From an uncultured Actinomycetes bacterium (GTDB taxonomy: Bacteria > Actinomycetota > UBA4738 > HRBIN12): a stretch of DNA of 64,000 nucleotides. Numbering within the stretch: the first letter of the stretch is position 1; every line of letters begins with the position of its first letter. A program made the position numbers and the translations under genes. Positions 41,102 through 51,360 of this stretch are shown here, piece after piece. The notes beneath the pieces were generated by a model. It ran no database searches. It was not told the origin of the DNA and saw nothing but the letters and a program-made list of their open reading frames with translations. The stretch covers positions 13,601-77,600 of the forward strand of contig CAWFJU010000019.1 of the NCBI GenBank assembly GCA_963816275.1, given 5' to 3'.

Positions 41102-42430
41102 CTACGCGACTTCTTCGAGCGTCTTCGTCTCCGTGAACACCGGCTTGGCGTCCGGGTTCAGGAACCCGACGTCCGGCACCTTGTAGATACCGATCGTCAC
41201 CGAGGTGGCGCAGTCGCCGTCGGGCGTGCAGGTGATCGTGCCGATGATGCCCTCGTAGCCGGTCGTGTTCTGCACGGCGTCGCGCAGTGCGACCCGGCTG
41301 ATCGTGAGGGATCCGTCGTCGTTCTCGACGGCGGTGTCCTCGAGCGCCTGCACGAGGACGTTCATCGCGTCGAACGCGTGCGCGTGGAACACCGACAGCG
41401 GCTCCGTCCCGTACTGGTCGTTGTAGGCCGGCAGGAACTCGTTCTGGTAGAAGTCGCCGCCCGAGAAGGCCGTGAGGTCCGGACCCGACAGGTACACGCC
41501 GTCGGCCGAGGAGCCGGCGATGTCCGTGTACGAGGCGTCCGAGCAACCGTCCGACCCCATCAGGGTGGTGTTCTCGAGCCCGCTCGTGGTCGCCTTCTGC
41601 TTGGCGATCAGGGCGCAGGCCGGGTTGAAGTCCGGCGCGTAGATGACGTTCGGCGCGTTCTGCGCGATCTTCGTCAGCAGGGGCTTGAAGTCCTTGTCGG
41701 CGCTGTTGATCGCGTCCTCGGACGTCACCGTGCCACCGTTGGCTTCGAAGTTCGCCTTGAACCCGTCGGTGAGGCCCTGGGTGTACGGGCTCTCATCGTG
41801 GATCGTGGCGCCGGTCGTCGCGCTGAGCTTCTCGACCGCGAAGTCGGAGACCACCGCGGCCTGGATCCGGTCGTTGTGCGCGGTCCGGAAGTAGTACGGC
41901 TGGTGCGTCCCCGCCGTGGTCAGCGCCGGGTTCGTGGCGGAGGGCGAGATCGTGACGATGCCCTTCTCCGAGAGGATCTTGTCCGCGACGCCGAGCGAGG
42001 CGCTCGAGCAACTGGTCCCGATCACGCCGACGATCTGCGGGTTCGCCGCGAGCGTCGTGGCGCCCTTCTGGCCGCCATCGGCCGAGCAGCCGTCGTCCTC
42101 GTTCACCATCTCGACGTCGTGGCCGAGGACCTGCCCCTGCGTGCCGTCGAAGGTCTGGTCGAGGTAGTCCAGAGCGAGCGCGGCCCCGTACTGGCTGTCC
42201 AGTCCGAGGTTCTTCGTGTCACCCGAGATCGACAGCAGCGTGCCGATCTGGATCGGCTCGCCCGACGCGACCGTGATGCAGCCCGGTTCCGTCTCGCAGT
42301 CCACCGCGCCCGTGGCACCGGATGACCCGGTGCTCCCGCCGGCCGATGACGAGTCGTTGCTGCATGCGCTCGCAACGAGCGCCATGACGCCCAGGACCGC
42401 GATGGCCGCGAGCAAAGAACGACGCTTCAT
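41102..42430 (-). CDS. Branched-chain amino-acid ABC transporter substrate-binding lipoprotein (LivJ/K-like)
   Basis: 442 aa from M67 of ORF 41102..42628. It has a signal and lipobox (MALVASAC) and a PBP1 body (PIQIGTLLSISGD...GVIGTSCSSASLGVADK...ISPSATNPALT). Confidence 0.85.
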   Translation of the reverse strand: MKRRSLLAAIAVLGVMALVASACSNDSSSAGGSTGSSGATGAVDCETEPGCITVASGEPIQIGTLLSISGDTKNLGLDSQYGAALALDYLDQTFDGTQGQVLGHDVEMVNEDDGCSADGGQKGATTLAANPQIVGVIGTSCSSASLGVADKILSEKGIVTISPSATNPALTTAGTHQPYYFRTAHNDRIQAAVVSDFAVEKLSATTGATIHDESPYTQGLTDGFKANFEANGGTVTSEDAINSADKDFKPLLTKIAQNAPNVIYAPDFNPACALIAKQKATTSGLENTTLMGSDGCSDASYTDIAGSSADGVYLSGPDLTAFSGGDFYQNEFLPAYNDQYGTEPLSVFHAHAFDAMNVLVQALEDTAVENDDGSLTISRVALRDAVQNTTGYEGIIGTITCTPDGDCATSVTIGIYKVPDVGFLNPDAKPVFTETKTLEEVA

Positions 42431-42471
42431 GAAGCCCCCTTTCCCTCTACCCCTGAGTGGAACGTGGGAGG

Positions 42472-42501
42472 TTGATACCACTTCCCCCATCCCTTGGCCA
42501 A
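42472..42501 (-). promoter_or_regulatory. Candidate promoter of the liv operon: TTGGCC-18 nt-TATCAA
   Basis: Read on the reverse strand. Coordinates were cross-checked against ORF 42457..42702. It lies about 40 nt upstream of the binding-protein ATG. Confidence 0.35.
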
Positions 42502-42569
42502 TCACCCGGACGGGTGGGCCTCTCACCCCGCATACGTGCGCGGGACCCCTTCGGGATGCCCCGGTGCCG

Positions 42570-43340
42570 TCAGCGCGGGATCGCCGAGCGGAACGCGGCG
42601 GCCAGCGCGAGCGCCCCGTCTGCGTCACCCTCGACCAGCCGCGCCATCAAGGCGCTCCCGACGATGACGCCGTCGGCGAAGGCGCAGGCGTCGGCGGCCT
42701 GATCGGGCGTTCCGATGCCCACCCCGACGAGGAGCGGAAGGTCGGTGAGCGGGCGGAGCGCCGATACGAGGTCGCGGGCGGTCGTGGCGAGGGAGTCACG
42801 CGCGCCCGTCACCCCGTAGGTGGCCACGCAGTAGACGAACCCGTGCGCACGCGCCGCGATCGTGGCGAGGCGGCCAGGCGCCGTGCCGGGCGCGGCCAGG
42901 AGTACGGCGTCGATGCCCCGTGCCCCCGCGGCGGCGTCGAGCGCTTCCCCTTCGTCGACGGGGACGTCGGGGACGATGATGCCCGCGACGCCGGCCTCGG
43001 CCGCCTCATCGAGGAATCGATCGATCCCGCGCCGGAAGACAGGGTTGACGTAGGTCATGACCGCGACCGGGATCGACAACGACGCGGTCCGGATCGTCGT
43101 GAGGATGTCCGGCGGGTGGGCGCCGGCGTCGAGCGCCAGCCGCGACGCCTCCTGGATCACGCCGCCGTCCATCACGGGGTCGGAGAACGGGATCCCGACC
43201 TCGATCGCGTCCGCGCCGGCGTCCTCGATCGCTCGGAGCAGCGAGGCGTCGACGCCCGGCAGCCCGCCCGTCACGTACGGGACGAACGCTCGTCCGCCGG
43301 CGTCGCGCCGGGAGCGAAGCGCGGCCTCGAGCTCACCCAC
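42570..43340 (-). CDS. trpA: Tryptophan synthase alpha chain
   Basis: ORF 42570..43391. The preferred start is GTG at V18 ([24 protein letters not shown]), which overlaps the trpB stop by 8 nt. It has typical TrpA motifs ([31 protein letters not shown]). Confidence 0.9.
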   Translation of the reverse strand: MGELEAALRSRRDAGGRAFVPYVTGGLPGVDASLLRAIEDAGADAIEVGIPFSDPVMDGGVIQEASRLALDAGAHPPDILTTIRTASLSIPVAVMTYVNPVFRRGIDRFLDEAAEAGVAGIIVPDVPVDEGEALDAAAGARGIDAVLLAAPGTAPGRLATIAARAHGFVYCVATYGVTGARDSLATTARDLVSALRPLTDLPLLVGVGIGTPDQAADACAFADGVIVGSALMARLVEGDADGALALAAAFRSAIPR

Positions 43341-44550
43341 GTGCGCCGTCCTCTCCGAGCTCCGCGAGCACCGTGTCGAGGTCCTTGTCACCGCGACCGG
43401 ACAGACAGACGAGGATGCGTGCTCCGTCGGGTAGCGGCCGCTGGAGGAGCCACCCGATCACGTGTGAGGGCTCGAGCGCCGGGATGATCCCCTCGTTCCG
43501 GGCGAGGGCCTGGAAGCCGTCGAGCGCCTGCGCGTCCGTCGCGCTCACGTAGCGAGCGAGCCCCGCATCCTGCAGGTACGCGTGCTCGGGACCGACCCCC
43601 GGGTAGTCGAGCCCGGCCGAGATCGAATGGGTCTCGACGACCTGTCCGTCGGAGTCCTGCAGCAGGTACGTGAGGGCACCGTGCAGCACGCCGGGCTGCC
43701 CCTGCGTGATCGACGAGCAGTGCTCGCCGAGTTGCATCCCGCGGCCGCCCGCCTCGACCCCGATCAGCTCGACGCCGGGCGCGCCGACGAACGCCGTGAA
43801 CATGCCGATCGCGTTCGATCCGCCGCCCACGCAGGCGAGCACGTAGTCGGGGTCGCCGCCGATCCGCTCGGCGTATTGGGCCCGGGCCTCGTCGCCGATC
43901 ACGCGCTGCAGGTCGCGGACGAGCTGTGGGAAGGGGTGCGGCCCGACGACCGAGCCGATGATGTAGTGGGTGTTCGTGACCGTGGCGGCCCAATCCCGGA
44001 GGGCCTCGTTCACGGCTTCCTTCAGGGTCCGCGTGCCCGCGGTGACCGGCACGACCTCGGTGCCGAGGAGCTTCATGCGGGCCACGTTCGGCGCCTGACG
44101 ACGGATGTCCTCCTCGCCCATGTACACGACGCACGGCAGGCCGAGGAGCGCGCACGCGGTGGCGGCGGCGACCCCGTGTTGTCCAGCGCCGGTCTCGGCG
44201 ATGATCCGTTCCTTCCCGAGACGCTTCGCGATGAGCGCCTGGCCGAGCGCGTTGTTGATCTTGTGCGCTCCGGTGTGGGCGAGGTCCTCCCGCTTCAACC
44301 AGATGTCGTAGCCGAGCTGCTCCGACAGCCGGGAGGCTCGCGTGATCGGCGTCGGCCGGCCGACGAAGTCCCGTGACAAGATGCCGAGCTCCTCGCGGAA
44401 CACCGGGTCGTCGCGGAGCTGGGTCCAGGCGGCGGCCAGCTCGTCGAGCGCCGGGATCAGGACCTCCGGCACGTACCGGCCGCCGTAGTCGCCGAACCGT
44501 CCGCGGGCGTCCGGCATCGCCGGGACGGTGGGGTCGGCCACGATGCTCAT
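43333..44550 (-). CDS. trpB: Tryptophan synthase beta chain
   Basis: Intact 405 aa with [33 protein letters not shown] (PLP-binding lysine) and GGGSNAIG. Confidence 0.95.
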   Translation of the reverse strand: MSIVADPTVPAMPDARGRFGDYGGRYVPEVLIPALDELAAAWTQLRDDPVFREELGILSRDFVGRPTPITRASRLSEQLGYDIWLKREDLAHTGAHKINNALGQALIAKRLGKERIIAETGAGQHGVAAATACALLGLPCVVYMGEEDIRRQAPNVARMKLLGTEVVPVTAGTRTLKEAVNEALRDWAATVTNTHYIIGSVVGPHPFPQLVRDLQRVIGDEARAQYAERIGGDPDYVLACVGGGSNAIGMFTAFVGAPGVELIGVEAGGRGMQLGEHCSSITQGQPGVLHGALTYLLQDSDGQVVETHSISAGLDYPGVGPEHAYLQDAGLARYVSATDAQALDGFQALARNEGIIPALEPSHVIGWLLQRPLPDGARILVCLSGRGDKDLDTVLAELGEDGARG

Positions 44551-45332
44551 GACGCGGGCTCCTCTCCGATCAGGCTGCGGATCGCGCCACCGGGGTCTCC
44601 GGCGCGCATCAGATGCTCGCCCACCAGGATGGCAGACGCGCCGGCGTCGACGGCCGAGACGACGTCGGAACGCGTTCGGATCCCGCTCTCGAGCACCGCG
44701 ATGCGGTCCGCCGGGACACGAGCGAGCTGCCGACGGGCGCGCTCGGGATCGACCTCGAGCGTCTCGAGGTCACGGGCGTTCACGCCGATCACCCGTGCGT
44801 CGGTCGCGAGCGCCCGGTCGAGATCGCCCTCGCCGTGGGTCTCGAGCAGCACGCCCATGCCGAGGCCCACCGCCTCGTCGAGCATCGCGGCCAGTTCCTC
44901 ATCCTCCAGGGCGGCGGCGATCAACAGGACGGCGTCCGCCCCGTGGGCGCGCGCCTCCACGACCTGCGAGGGGTCGACGAGGAAGTCCTTGCGCAGCAAC
45001 GGGACGTCGACGGCCGCCCGAACGGCCTCGAGGTCGCCGAGCGACCCGGCGAAGTGCCGCGGTTCGGTGAGGACCGAGACGGCCGCCGCACCCGCGGCCG
45101 CGTACGCGCGCGCCTGCGTGACGGGATCGGCGTCCGTGGCGATCGGGCCGGCGCTCGGCGAGGCACGCTTGACCTCAGCGATCACGGCGAGCGGGGCGGC
45201 GTCCACGAGGGCGCCGGCGAGGTCGAGCGGCGGACCGGCCTCGAGCGCGCGCCGGCGCAGCGCGTCCTCGTCGAGCGGCGCCCGACGGAGATCTGCGCGC
45301 GCCTCGGCAACGGTGTCGGTGAGGAAGCCCAC
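44547..45332 (-). CDS. trpC: Indole-3-glycerol-phosphate synthase
   Basis: Intact 261 aa with [38 protein letters not shown] and IGVNARDL. There is an ATGA overlap with trpB. Confidence 0.9.
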   Translation of the reverse strand: MGFLTDTVAEARADLRRAPLDEDALRRRALEAGPPLDLAGALVDAAPLAVIAEVKRASPSAGPIATDADPVTQARAYAAAGAAAVSVLTEPRHFAGSLGDLEAVRAAVDVPLLRKDFLVDPSQVVEARAHGADAVLLIAAALEDEELAAMLDEAVGLGMGVLLETHGEGDLDRALATDARVIGVNARDLETLEVDPERARRQLARVPADRIAVLESGIRTRSDVVSAVDAGASAILVGEHLMRAGDPGGAIRSLIGEEPAS

Positions 45333-45378
45333 GAGGCCGTGAGTCTACCGAGGCGCCCGAGACGGCCGGCCAACGGTC

Positions 45379-46092
45379 TCATCCCGCGAGCCGGTCGAGC
45401 GCCTCGGCGAGGTCGAGGCCTCCCTCGAGCGCGGCGCGGCCGACGACCGCGCCGACCGCGCCGGCCTGACGCATCGCTCGAAGGTCGCCCAGCGTGGCCA
45501 CGCCGCCGGCCGCGATCACCGGTCGCCCCGCCCCGACGACCCGCTTCACGACCCCGAGGTCGGGCCCCCCCATCCCCCCGACCCGGGCCACGGCGGTCAC
45601 GAGGAACCCGGTCGCCCCCGACCCGACCAGCCACCCGAGGGTCTCGGCGAGCGCGAGGTCGCCATCGACGCGCCCTCGGGGCCGGATCCGGCCGTCGTCG
45701 ACCTCGATCCCGACGATCAGGCGGGGTCCGATGGCGTTGATCGCCTCGGTCGTCGCCGCCTCGTCGAGGAGCGCCCCGGAGCCCAGGACGACCCGATCGG
45801 CCCCCGCCGCGAGCGCCTCCGCGGCCTCCGCGAGGGTGGCGATCCCTCCCGAGGCTTGGACCCTCAGGCCCAGTCGCGTCACGGCGCCGACGACGTCGAG
45901 GTTCCGGAACGACCCGCCGAACGCAAGGTCGAGATCGACCACGTGCACCCGGCGTGCTCCCGCGTCGGCGTACGCGTGCGCCGCGGCGAGGGGATCACCG
46001 TCGAACGCCGTCACCGGACGTGGACCGTCCGGGGTGTGGATGGCGAGCCGCCCGGCCGCCACGTCGATCGCCGGGATGATCTCGAAGGGCAT
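45379..46092 (-). CDS. hisA: HisA/PriA-type phosphoribosyl isomerase ((beta/alpha)8 barrel)
   Basis: 237 aa from M39 of ORF 45379..46206. Sequence reads MPFEIIPAIDVAAGRLA...AGARRVHVVDLDLAFGG...VQASGGI...GADRVVLGSGAL...GFLVTAVARVGGMGGPD...VIAAGGV. It sits directly upstream of trpC. Confidence 0.8.
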   Translation of the reverse strand: MPFEIIPAIDVAAGRLAIHTPDGPRPVTAFDGDPLAAAHAYADAGARRVHVVDLDLAFGGSFRNLDVVGAVTRLGLRVQASGGIATLAEAAEALAAGADRVVLGSGALLDEAATTEAINAIGPRLIVGIEVDDGRIRPRGRVDGDLALAETLGWLVGSGATGFLVTAVARVGGMGGPDLGVVKRVVGAGRPVIAAGGVATLGDLRAMRQAGAVGAVVGRAALEGGLDLAEALDRLAG

Positions 46093-46153
46093 CGGTGGAA
46101 CCTTACCGGCGGCCGCCCCGGGCGGAGCCGTCGGCCCTCGCCATACTGGCGCG

Positions 46154-46780
46154 ATGGATCTCCCGGTCTTCGCGCTCCACACGGTGCTCTTCCCCGGCGA
46201 ACGCATGGTCCTGCGGGTGTTCGAGGAGCGCTACCTGGAGATGATGGAGGCCGTCCTCCCCGACGGCGACTTCGTGGTCGTCGCGATCCGCGAGGGCCGC
46301 GAGGTGGGCGGCGACTACGAGCCCTACCGGGTGGGCGTTACGGTCGGGGTCGAGGATTACGACTACGATGGTGACGACGGCTCCTACCGCCTCCGCATCG
46401 CCGGCCGCGACCGTGTCGCGCTGATCGAGCGGACCCAGACGGCGCCCTTCCCGCGATGGCGGGTCGCGCCACACCCGGACGAGGGCGGCGCCGGAACGGA
46501 CGACGTGGAGCGCGCGACGCGGGCGCTCGCCCGGTACCTGGCGACGGTCGGCGAGCGCACGCTGGACGGCGCCGCGATCTCGCACGAACCCGTCGCCGCG
46601 AGCTACGCGATCGCGGCCGCCGTTCCCGGGCTCCTGCCCGCCCGACAGGCGCTGCTGGAGGTGCCGGATGCCGGGCACCGTCTCGAGGCGGCGCGCGCGA
46701 GTCTGACCCGCGAGACGGCGCTCGTGCGTGCGCTCGGCGCCAACGTCGGTGGCCCCAGCCTGGACGTGAGCCCGAACTAG
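46154..46780 (+). CDS. Lon protease N-terminal (LON substrate-binding, PUA-like) domain protein
   Basis: 208 aa from M221 of ORF 45494..46780. The N-terminus MDLPVFALHTVLFPGERMVLRVFEERYLEMM is the canonical start of stand-alone LON-N domain proteins. Confidence 0.75.
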   Translation: MDLPVFALHTVLFPGERMVLRVFEERYLEMMEAVLPDGDFVVVAIREGREVGGDYEPYRVGVTVGVEDYDYDGDDGSYRLRIAGRDRVALIERTQTAPFPRWRVAPHPDEGGAGTDDVERATRALARYLATVGERTLDGAAISHEPVAASYAIAAAVPGLLPARQALLEVPDAGHRLEAARASLTRETALVRALGANVGGPSLDVSPN

Positions 46781-49700
46781 ACGAGCTCGGGCTCGGCGTC
46801 GCGCTCGAGGCGGGCCGCCCCGCTGCCGAGCAGCGAACGGAGCTCGTTCAGGAGGCCGGGAGCGGGTTCCACGCGATAGGTCCCGACCTCGAGGGGTGTG
46901 ATCCCGGCCGACGAGAGGAAGCGCACCCGGACGGGTGACGCGCCGGGATGCGCCTCGAAGACCTCCTTCAGCTTCGCGAGGACCGCCGGGGTGCAGGCCG
47001 CCGCCTGGAGGTCGACCACGAGGTTCTCGGGGTCGAGCGACGGCATCATGCCGGGCCCCAGGTCGGGCTCGCGCACCTCGTTCGCGCGGATCTGCAGTTC
47101 ACGGCCGCGCAGGTCGATCCGGCCCGTGGTGAGCACGATCCGATCGGTCTCGATCAGGCCCGGCACCGCCTCGTACACGGACGGGAACGCCACGACCTCG
47201 GTCCCTCCCGCCAGCCCTTCGAGCCGGAACTGCGCGTAGGGTTCGCCGCGCTTCGTGTACTTGCGGGCGACGTTGCCGATGATGCCGCCGACCGTCACCA
47301 GGTCACCGTCGCCGAGCTGCTCGAGGTCGACCATCTCGTGGGTGGTCTGGGCGGCCAGCACGTCCTTGACCTCGAGCAGCGGATGGTCGGTCACGAACTG
47401 CCCGAGCATCTCCTTCTCGAGTCGCAGCAGATCGCGCTTGTCGAACTCCTCGCCCTGCAGCACGGACTCATCGACCTGTCCGGCGGCGTCGGGGTCGTCG
47501 GCGCCGCCGAAGAGCGAGAACTGCCCGGCAGCCTCGGCCTTCCGCTCGGCGAGGATCGGCGCCGACACACGGTCCTGATGCTCGAGGAGCGCGCGCCGGG
47601 TGTACCCGAGGGAGTCGAACGCCCCCGCCTGGATCAGGGATTCCAGGACCCGCTTCGTCAGCACGCTCGGCTCCACCTTGCGGCAGAAGTCCGCGTACGA
47701 CGTGAACGTCCCCTTGGACCGGCGGGCGTCGATGATCTGCTGCACGGCGCCCTCGCCCACGTTGCGCACGGCCGCCAGCCCGTAGCGGATCGACGGCGCG
47801 TCGCCCGGCGCCGGCGCGAAGTCGAGCTCGGAGCCGTTCACGTCGGGCGGCAGGACCTCGATCCCCATCCCGCGGCACGCGTACAGGTAGAACGGCTTCG
47901 CGTCCTTGTCGTCCTTGACGGACGTGAGCACCGCCGACATGTACTCGACGCGGTGGTGCGCCATCAGGTAGGCGGTCTGATACGCGACGAGCCCGTACGC
48001 GCAAGCGTGCGAGGCGTTGAAGCCGTAGTCCGCGAACGGCACGATCATCTCGAACAGGTCGGCGGCGAGCTTGTGCGGGTAGCCCTTCTCGACCGCGCCC
48101 GCGATGAACTTCTCCTTGAACGGCATCAGGACCGAGAGCTGCTTCTTGCTCATCGCCTTGCGGAGCGTGTCGGCCTCGCCCATCGAGAAACCCGCCAGGG
48201 CCACCGCCACCTGCATGACCTGCTCCTGGTAGATCATCACGCCGTACGTGTCCCTGAGGATCGGCTCGAGGTCGTCGTGCGGGTAGGTGACCTTGCGGCG
48301 CCCGTGTTTGCGCTCCGCGTACTCCGTGTGCAGCCCGTTGTTCAGCGGACCCGGACGATAGAGCGCGACGAGCGCCATCAGGTCCTCGAACCGGTCGGGC
48401 GCGAGCAGCTTGATCAGGCTCCGCATGCCGGCCGACTCCATCTGGAACACACCCGTCGTCTCGGCGCGCTGCAGCATCGCGTACGTGTCGGGGTCGTCGA
48501 GGGCAACGTGGTCGATGTCGAGCTCAACGCCGCGGCTCCGCAGGTGCCGGAGGGAGTCCTCGATCACCGAGAGGTTCCGCAGGCCGAGGAAGTCCATCTT
48601 CAGCAGGCCGAGCGCCTCGACGCCGTTCATGTCGAACTGGGTGACGATCTTCTTCGAGTCGTCCCGGGAGTCCTTCGAGAGCTTCAGCGGGAGGTAGTTC
48701 ACGAGCGGCGCGTCGCCGATCACGACGCCGGCCGCGTGCACGGAATCCTCTCGCCGGAGTCCCTCGAGCGCCCGAGCGGTCTCCACGATCTCCTTGGCCT
48801 CGGGCTCCTTCTCGTACGCCGCGGCCAGGTCGGGCGAGAGCTTCAGCGCGTCCTCGATCGGGTAGTCGCGGCCCATGATCGCGGGCGGGTACATCTTGCA
48901 GAGCCGGTCCCCCACCACCGGCGGGAACCCGAGGACGCGCGCGGCGTCGCGGATGCCCTGCTTCCCCTTGATCGTCTGGAACGTGACGATCTGGGCGACG
49001 TGATCGGCGCCGTACTTCTCGGTCGCGTAGCGGATCACCTCGTCGCGCCGACGCTCGTCGAAGTCCATGTCGATGTCGGGCATCTGGATCCGGTCGGGGT
49101 TCAGGAACCGCTCGAACAGGAGGCCGTAGCGCAGCGGGTCGAGGTCGGTGATCCGCAGGCAGTAGGAGACGACCGAGCCGGCGGCCGACCCGCGCCCGGG
49201 GCCGACGCGGATCCCCTGATCGCGCGCGTGGCGGATCAGGTCCCAGACGATCAGGAAGTACCCCCCGAACCCCATCGAGGTGATCACCCCGAGCTCCCGG
49301 TCGATCCGGTCGCGCACCTCGGTGGTGATCTCGCTGTACCGCTCGGCCGCCCCAGCGTCCACCAGCTGACGGAGGTAGGCGTCGCGGTCGATGCCCCCGG
49401 GGGTCTCGAAGCGCGGGAGGTGGTACCGCTGGTCGGCGGGTGCGCGGTCGCCGTAGACCAGGTCGAGCTCGACGCGCTCGGCGATCCGCAGGGTCTGGTC
49501 GCACGCGTCGGGACGCTCCTGGAAGAGCTGGCGCATCTCCTCGGCGCTCTTGAGGAAGAACTCCTCGGAGTCGAACTTCAGTCGTTTCAGGTCCGACTGG
49601 AGCTTCTTCTGCTGGATGCAGAGGAGCACGTCGTGCGGCTTCGCATCCTCCCGAAGCGTGTAGTGCAGGTCGTTCGTAGCCACGACCGGGATCCCGAGCT

Positions 49701-50322
49701 CGTCGCCCAGTTCGAACTGGCGCCGGAGGATCGCGTGCTGATCGGCCAGGCCGTGGTCCTGGACCTCGATGAAGTAGTTGTCAGCTCCGAAGATGTCGCG
49801 GTACTCGCCGGCGACACGCCGCGCCCGCTCGTCCTGGCCCGCCAGGAGCGCGACGCCGATCTCGGAGGACAGGCAGCCCGAGAGGCAGATCACGCCCTCC
49901 GCGTACTCGGCCATCAGCTGCTTGTCCATGCGGGGCCGGTGATAGAAGCCCTCGAGGTGCGCGTAGCTCACCAGCTTCAGGAGGTTCCGGTAGCCGGTCT
50001 CGTTCTCGGCGAGGAGGGTCAGGTGGTAGTACTTCTCCTCGCGCTCACCCGGGTTCCGGTCGAACCGTGATCCGGGGGCGACGTAGGCCTCGACCCCGAG
50101 GATCGGCGTGACCCCCGCGGCCCGGCCCGCCTCGAAGAACCGCAGCGCGCCGAACATCGACCCGTGGTCGGTCACGGCGACGGCCGGCATCCCCAGCCGC
50201 TCGGCCTCGGAGAAGATCGTGGGCGCGCCCGGGTTGGACTTCGGGGGCTCGATCCGCGCCGCTCCGTCGAGCAGCGAGTACTCGGAGTGCACGTGGAGAT
50301 GGACGAAGCTCGGGTCGGTCAT
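46777..50322 (-). CDS. dnaE: DNA polymerase III alpha subunit
   Basis: Intact 1181-aa ORF. It has a PHP domain (FVHLHVHSEYSLLDGA), a polymerase core (GPGRGSAAGSVVSYCLRITDLDP, PDIDMDF) and an OB fold. Confidence 0.95.
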   Translation of the reverse strand: MTDPSFVHLHVHSEYSLLDGAARIEPPKSNPGAPTIFSEAERLGMPAVAVTDHGSMFGALRFFEAGRAAGVTPILGVEAYVAPGSRFDRNPGEREEKYYHLTLLAENETGYRNLLKLVSYAHLEGFYHRPRMDKQLMAEYAEGVICLSGCLSSEIGVALLAGQDERARRVAGEYRDIFGADNYFIEVQDHGLADQHAILRRQFELGDELGIPVVATNDLHYTLREDAKPHDVLLCIQQKKLQSDLKRLKFDSEEFFLKSAEEMRQLFQERPDACDQTLRIAERVELDLVYGDRAPADQRYHLPRFETPGGIDRDAYLRQLVDAGAAERYSEITTEVRDRIDRELGVITSMGFGGYFLIVWDLIRHARDQGIRVGPGRGSAAGSVVSYCLRITDLDPLRYGLLFERFLNPDRIQMPDIDMDFDERRRDEVIRYATEKYGADHVAQIVTFQTIKGKQGIRDAARVLGFPPVVGDRLCKMYPPAIMGRDYPIEDALKLSPDLAAAYEKEPEAKEIVETARALEGLRREDSVHAAGVVIGDAPLVNYLPLKLSKDSRDDSKKIVTQFDMNGVEALGLLKMDFLGLRNLSVIEDSLRHLRSRGVELDIDHVALDDPDTYAMLQRAETTGVFQMESAGMRSLIKLLAPDRFEDLMALVALYRPGPLNNGLHTEYAERKHGRRKVTYPHDDLEPILRDTYGVMIYQEQVMQVAVALAGFSMGEADTLRKAMSKKQLSVLMPFKEKFIAGAVEKGYPHKLAADLFEMIVPFADYGFNASHACAYGLVAYQTAYLMAHHRVEYMSAVLTSVKDDKDAKPFYLYACRGMGIEVLPPDVNGSELDFAPAPGDAPSIRYGLAAVRNVGEGAVQQIIDARRSKGTFTSYADFCRKVEPSVLTKRVLESLIQAGAFDSLGYTRRALLEHQDRVSAPILAERKAEAAGQFSLFGGADDPDAAGQVDESVLQGEEFDKRDLLRLEKEMLGQFVTDHPLLEVKDVLAAQTTHEMVDLEQLGDGDLVTVGGIIGNVARKYTKRGEPYAQFRLEGLAGGTEVVAFPSVYEAVPGLIETDRIVLTTGRIDLRGRELQIRANEVREPDLGPGMMPSLDPENLVVDLQAAACTPAVLAKLKEVFEAHPGASPVRVRFLSSAGITPLEVGTYRVEPAPGLLNELRSLLGSGAARLERDAEPELV

Positions 50323-50451
50323 CGGTGCCGTTCGTGCCCCCTTCGAGGGAGGGTTATCCCCAGTGGCCCCGGCGCCTGGGGAGACGCTGTGGACAACTTA
50401 CATCGCTGTGATTCGGGCGGGACCAGAACGTACGCCCGGCGTGCGGGACCG

Positions 50452-51360
50452 TCAAGGGCCCAGGTCGCGGCGGGCGCGCGCCCGGTCCAGCGCCACCTCG
50501 AGGTCGTCGGGCAACGGCTCCTCGATCTCGATCCGCTCCCCCGTGAAGGGGTGATCGAAACCGATCCGCCACGAGTGCAGGAACGGCCGCGTCAGACCGA
50601 GCGCCGTCGCGTCGGCTCCCCCGCCGCCGTAAGCGCGATCGCCGAGGATCGGGTGTCCGATCGCCCGCAGATGCACCCGGATCTGATGGGTCCGTCCGGT
50701 GCGCGGGGCCGCCTCGAGGAGCGCGGCGGCGCCGACCCGTTCCCGGACCTCGAAGGCGGTCTCCGCGTCGCGCCCGTCGGTGTGATCGACGACCACCTTG
50801 TCGAGCCGGCGACCCAGCGGGGCATCGACCGCGAAGTCGTCGTGCGCCGGGTCGCCCCTGACCAGCGCGAGGTAGCGGCGCTCGATCGTGTGATCCCTCA
50901 GCATCGCCGTCAGGGCCTCGTGGGCCTCGTCGGTCCGCGCGATCAGCATCAGGCCGCTGGTACCTGCGTCGAGCCGGTGGACGATCCCCGGTCGAAGGTG
51001 ACCGCTGCCCGAGGACAGGGGCACGCCCATGCCCAGGAGCCGGTTCACGAGCGTTCCCGTCCGCCGGTTCTCGGTGGGGTGCGTGACGAGCCCGGCCGGC
51101 TTCGCGATCACCAGGAGATGGTCGTCGGAGAACCGGACAGGCACGGCGGGGTCCTCGGGGGCGAGCACGTCCTCCGTGCCGAGATCGGCCTCGATCCGCT
51201 CGCCACCCTCGAGGCGGAACGACTTGGGGCGCGCGACACCGTCCACGGTGACGCGCCCGGCCGCGATCGCCCGTTGCACATCGGCCCGCGCTGCGCCCGA
51301 CAGCCGCGCCACGACGGTGTCGAGCCGCCCCGGCTCGCCGGCGAACACCTCATTCGACAT
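50452..51360 (-). CDS. rluD: RluA-family 23S rRNA pseudouridine synthase (RluD type)
   Basis: 302 aa from M41 of ORF 50452..51480. It has an S4-like N-terminus plus HRLDAGTSGLMLIA and RTGRTHQIRVHL motifs. Confidence 0.9.
   Translation of the reverse strand: MSNEVFAGEPGRLDTVVARLSGAARADVQRAIAAGRVTVDGVARPKSFRLEGGERIEADLGTEDVLAPEDPAVPVRFSDDHLLVIAKPAGLVTHPTENRRTGTLVNRLLGMGVPLSSGSGHLRPGIVHRLDAGTSGLMLIARTDEAHEALTAMLRDHTIERRYLALVRGDPAHDDFAVDAPLGRRLDKVVVDHTDGRDAETAFEVRERVGAAALLEAAPRTGRTHQIRVHLRAIGHPILGDRAYGGGGADATALGLTRPFLHSWRIGFDHPFTGERIEIEEPLPDDLEVALDRARARRDLGP

Noticed and set aside
46948-50070. A 1040-aa open reading frame antisense to dnaE. Similar long antisense or out-of-frame ORFs include 5517..7103 (+), 7764..9311 (-), 17480..19720 (-), 24234..25127 (-) and 26508..27338 (-).
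   Set aside because: The translations are monotonous Arg/Gly/Pro/Ala/Asp-rich strings with no recognisable domains. Each overlaps a gene with clear homology on the other strand or in another frame. Long spurious ORFs are expected at about 70% GC because stop codons are AT-rich.
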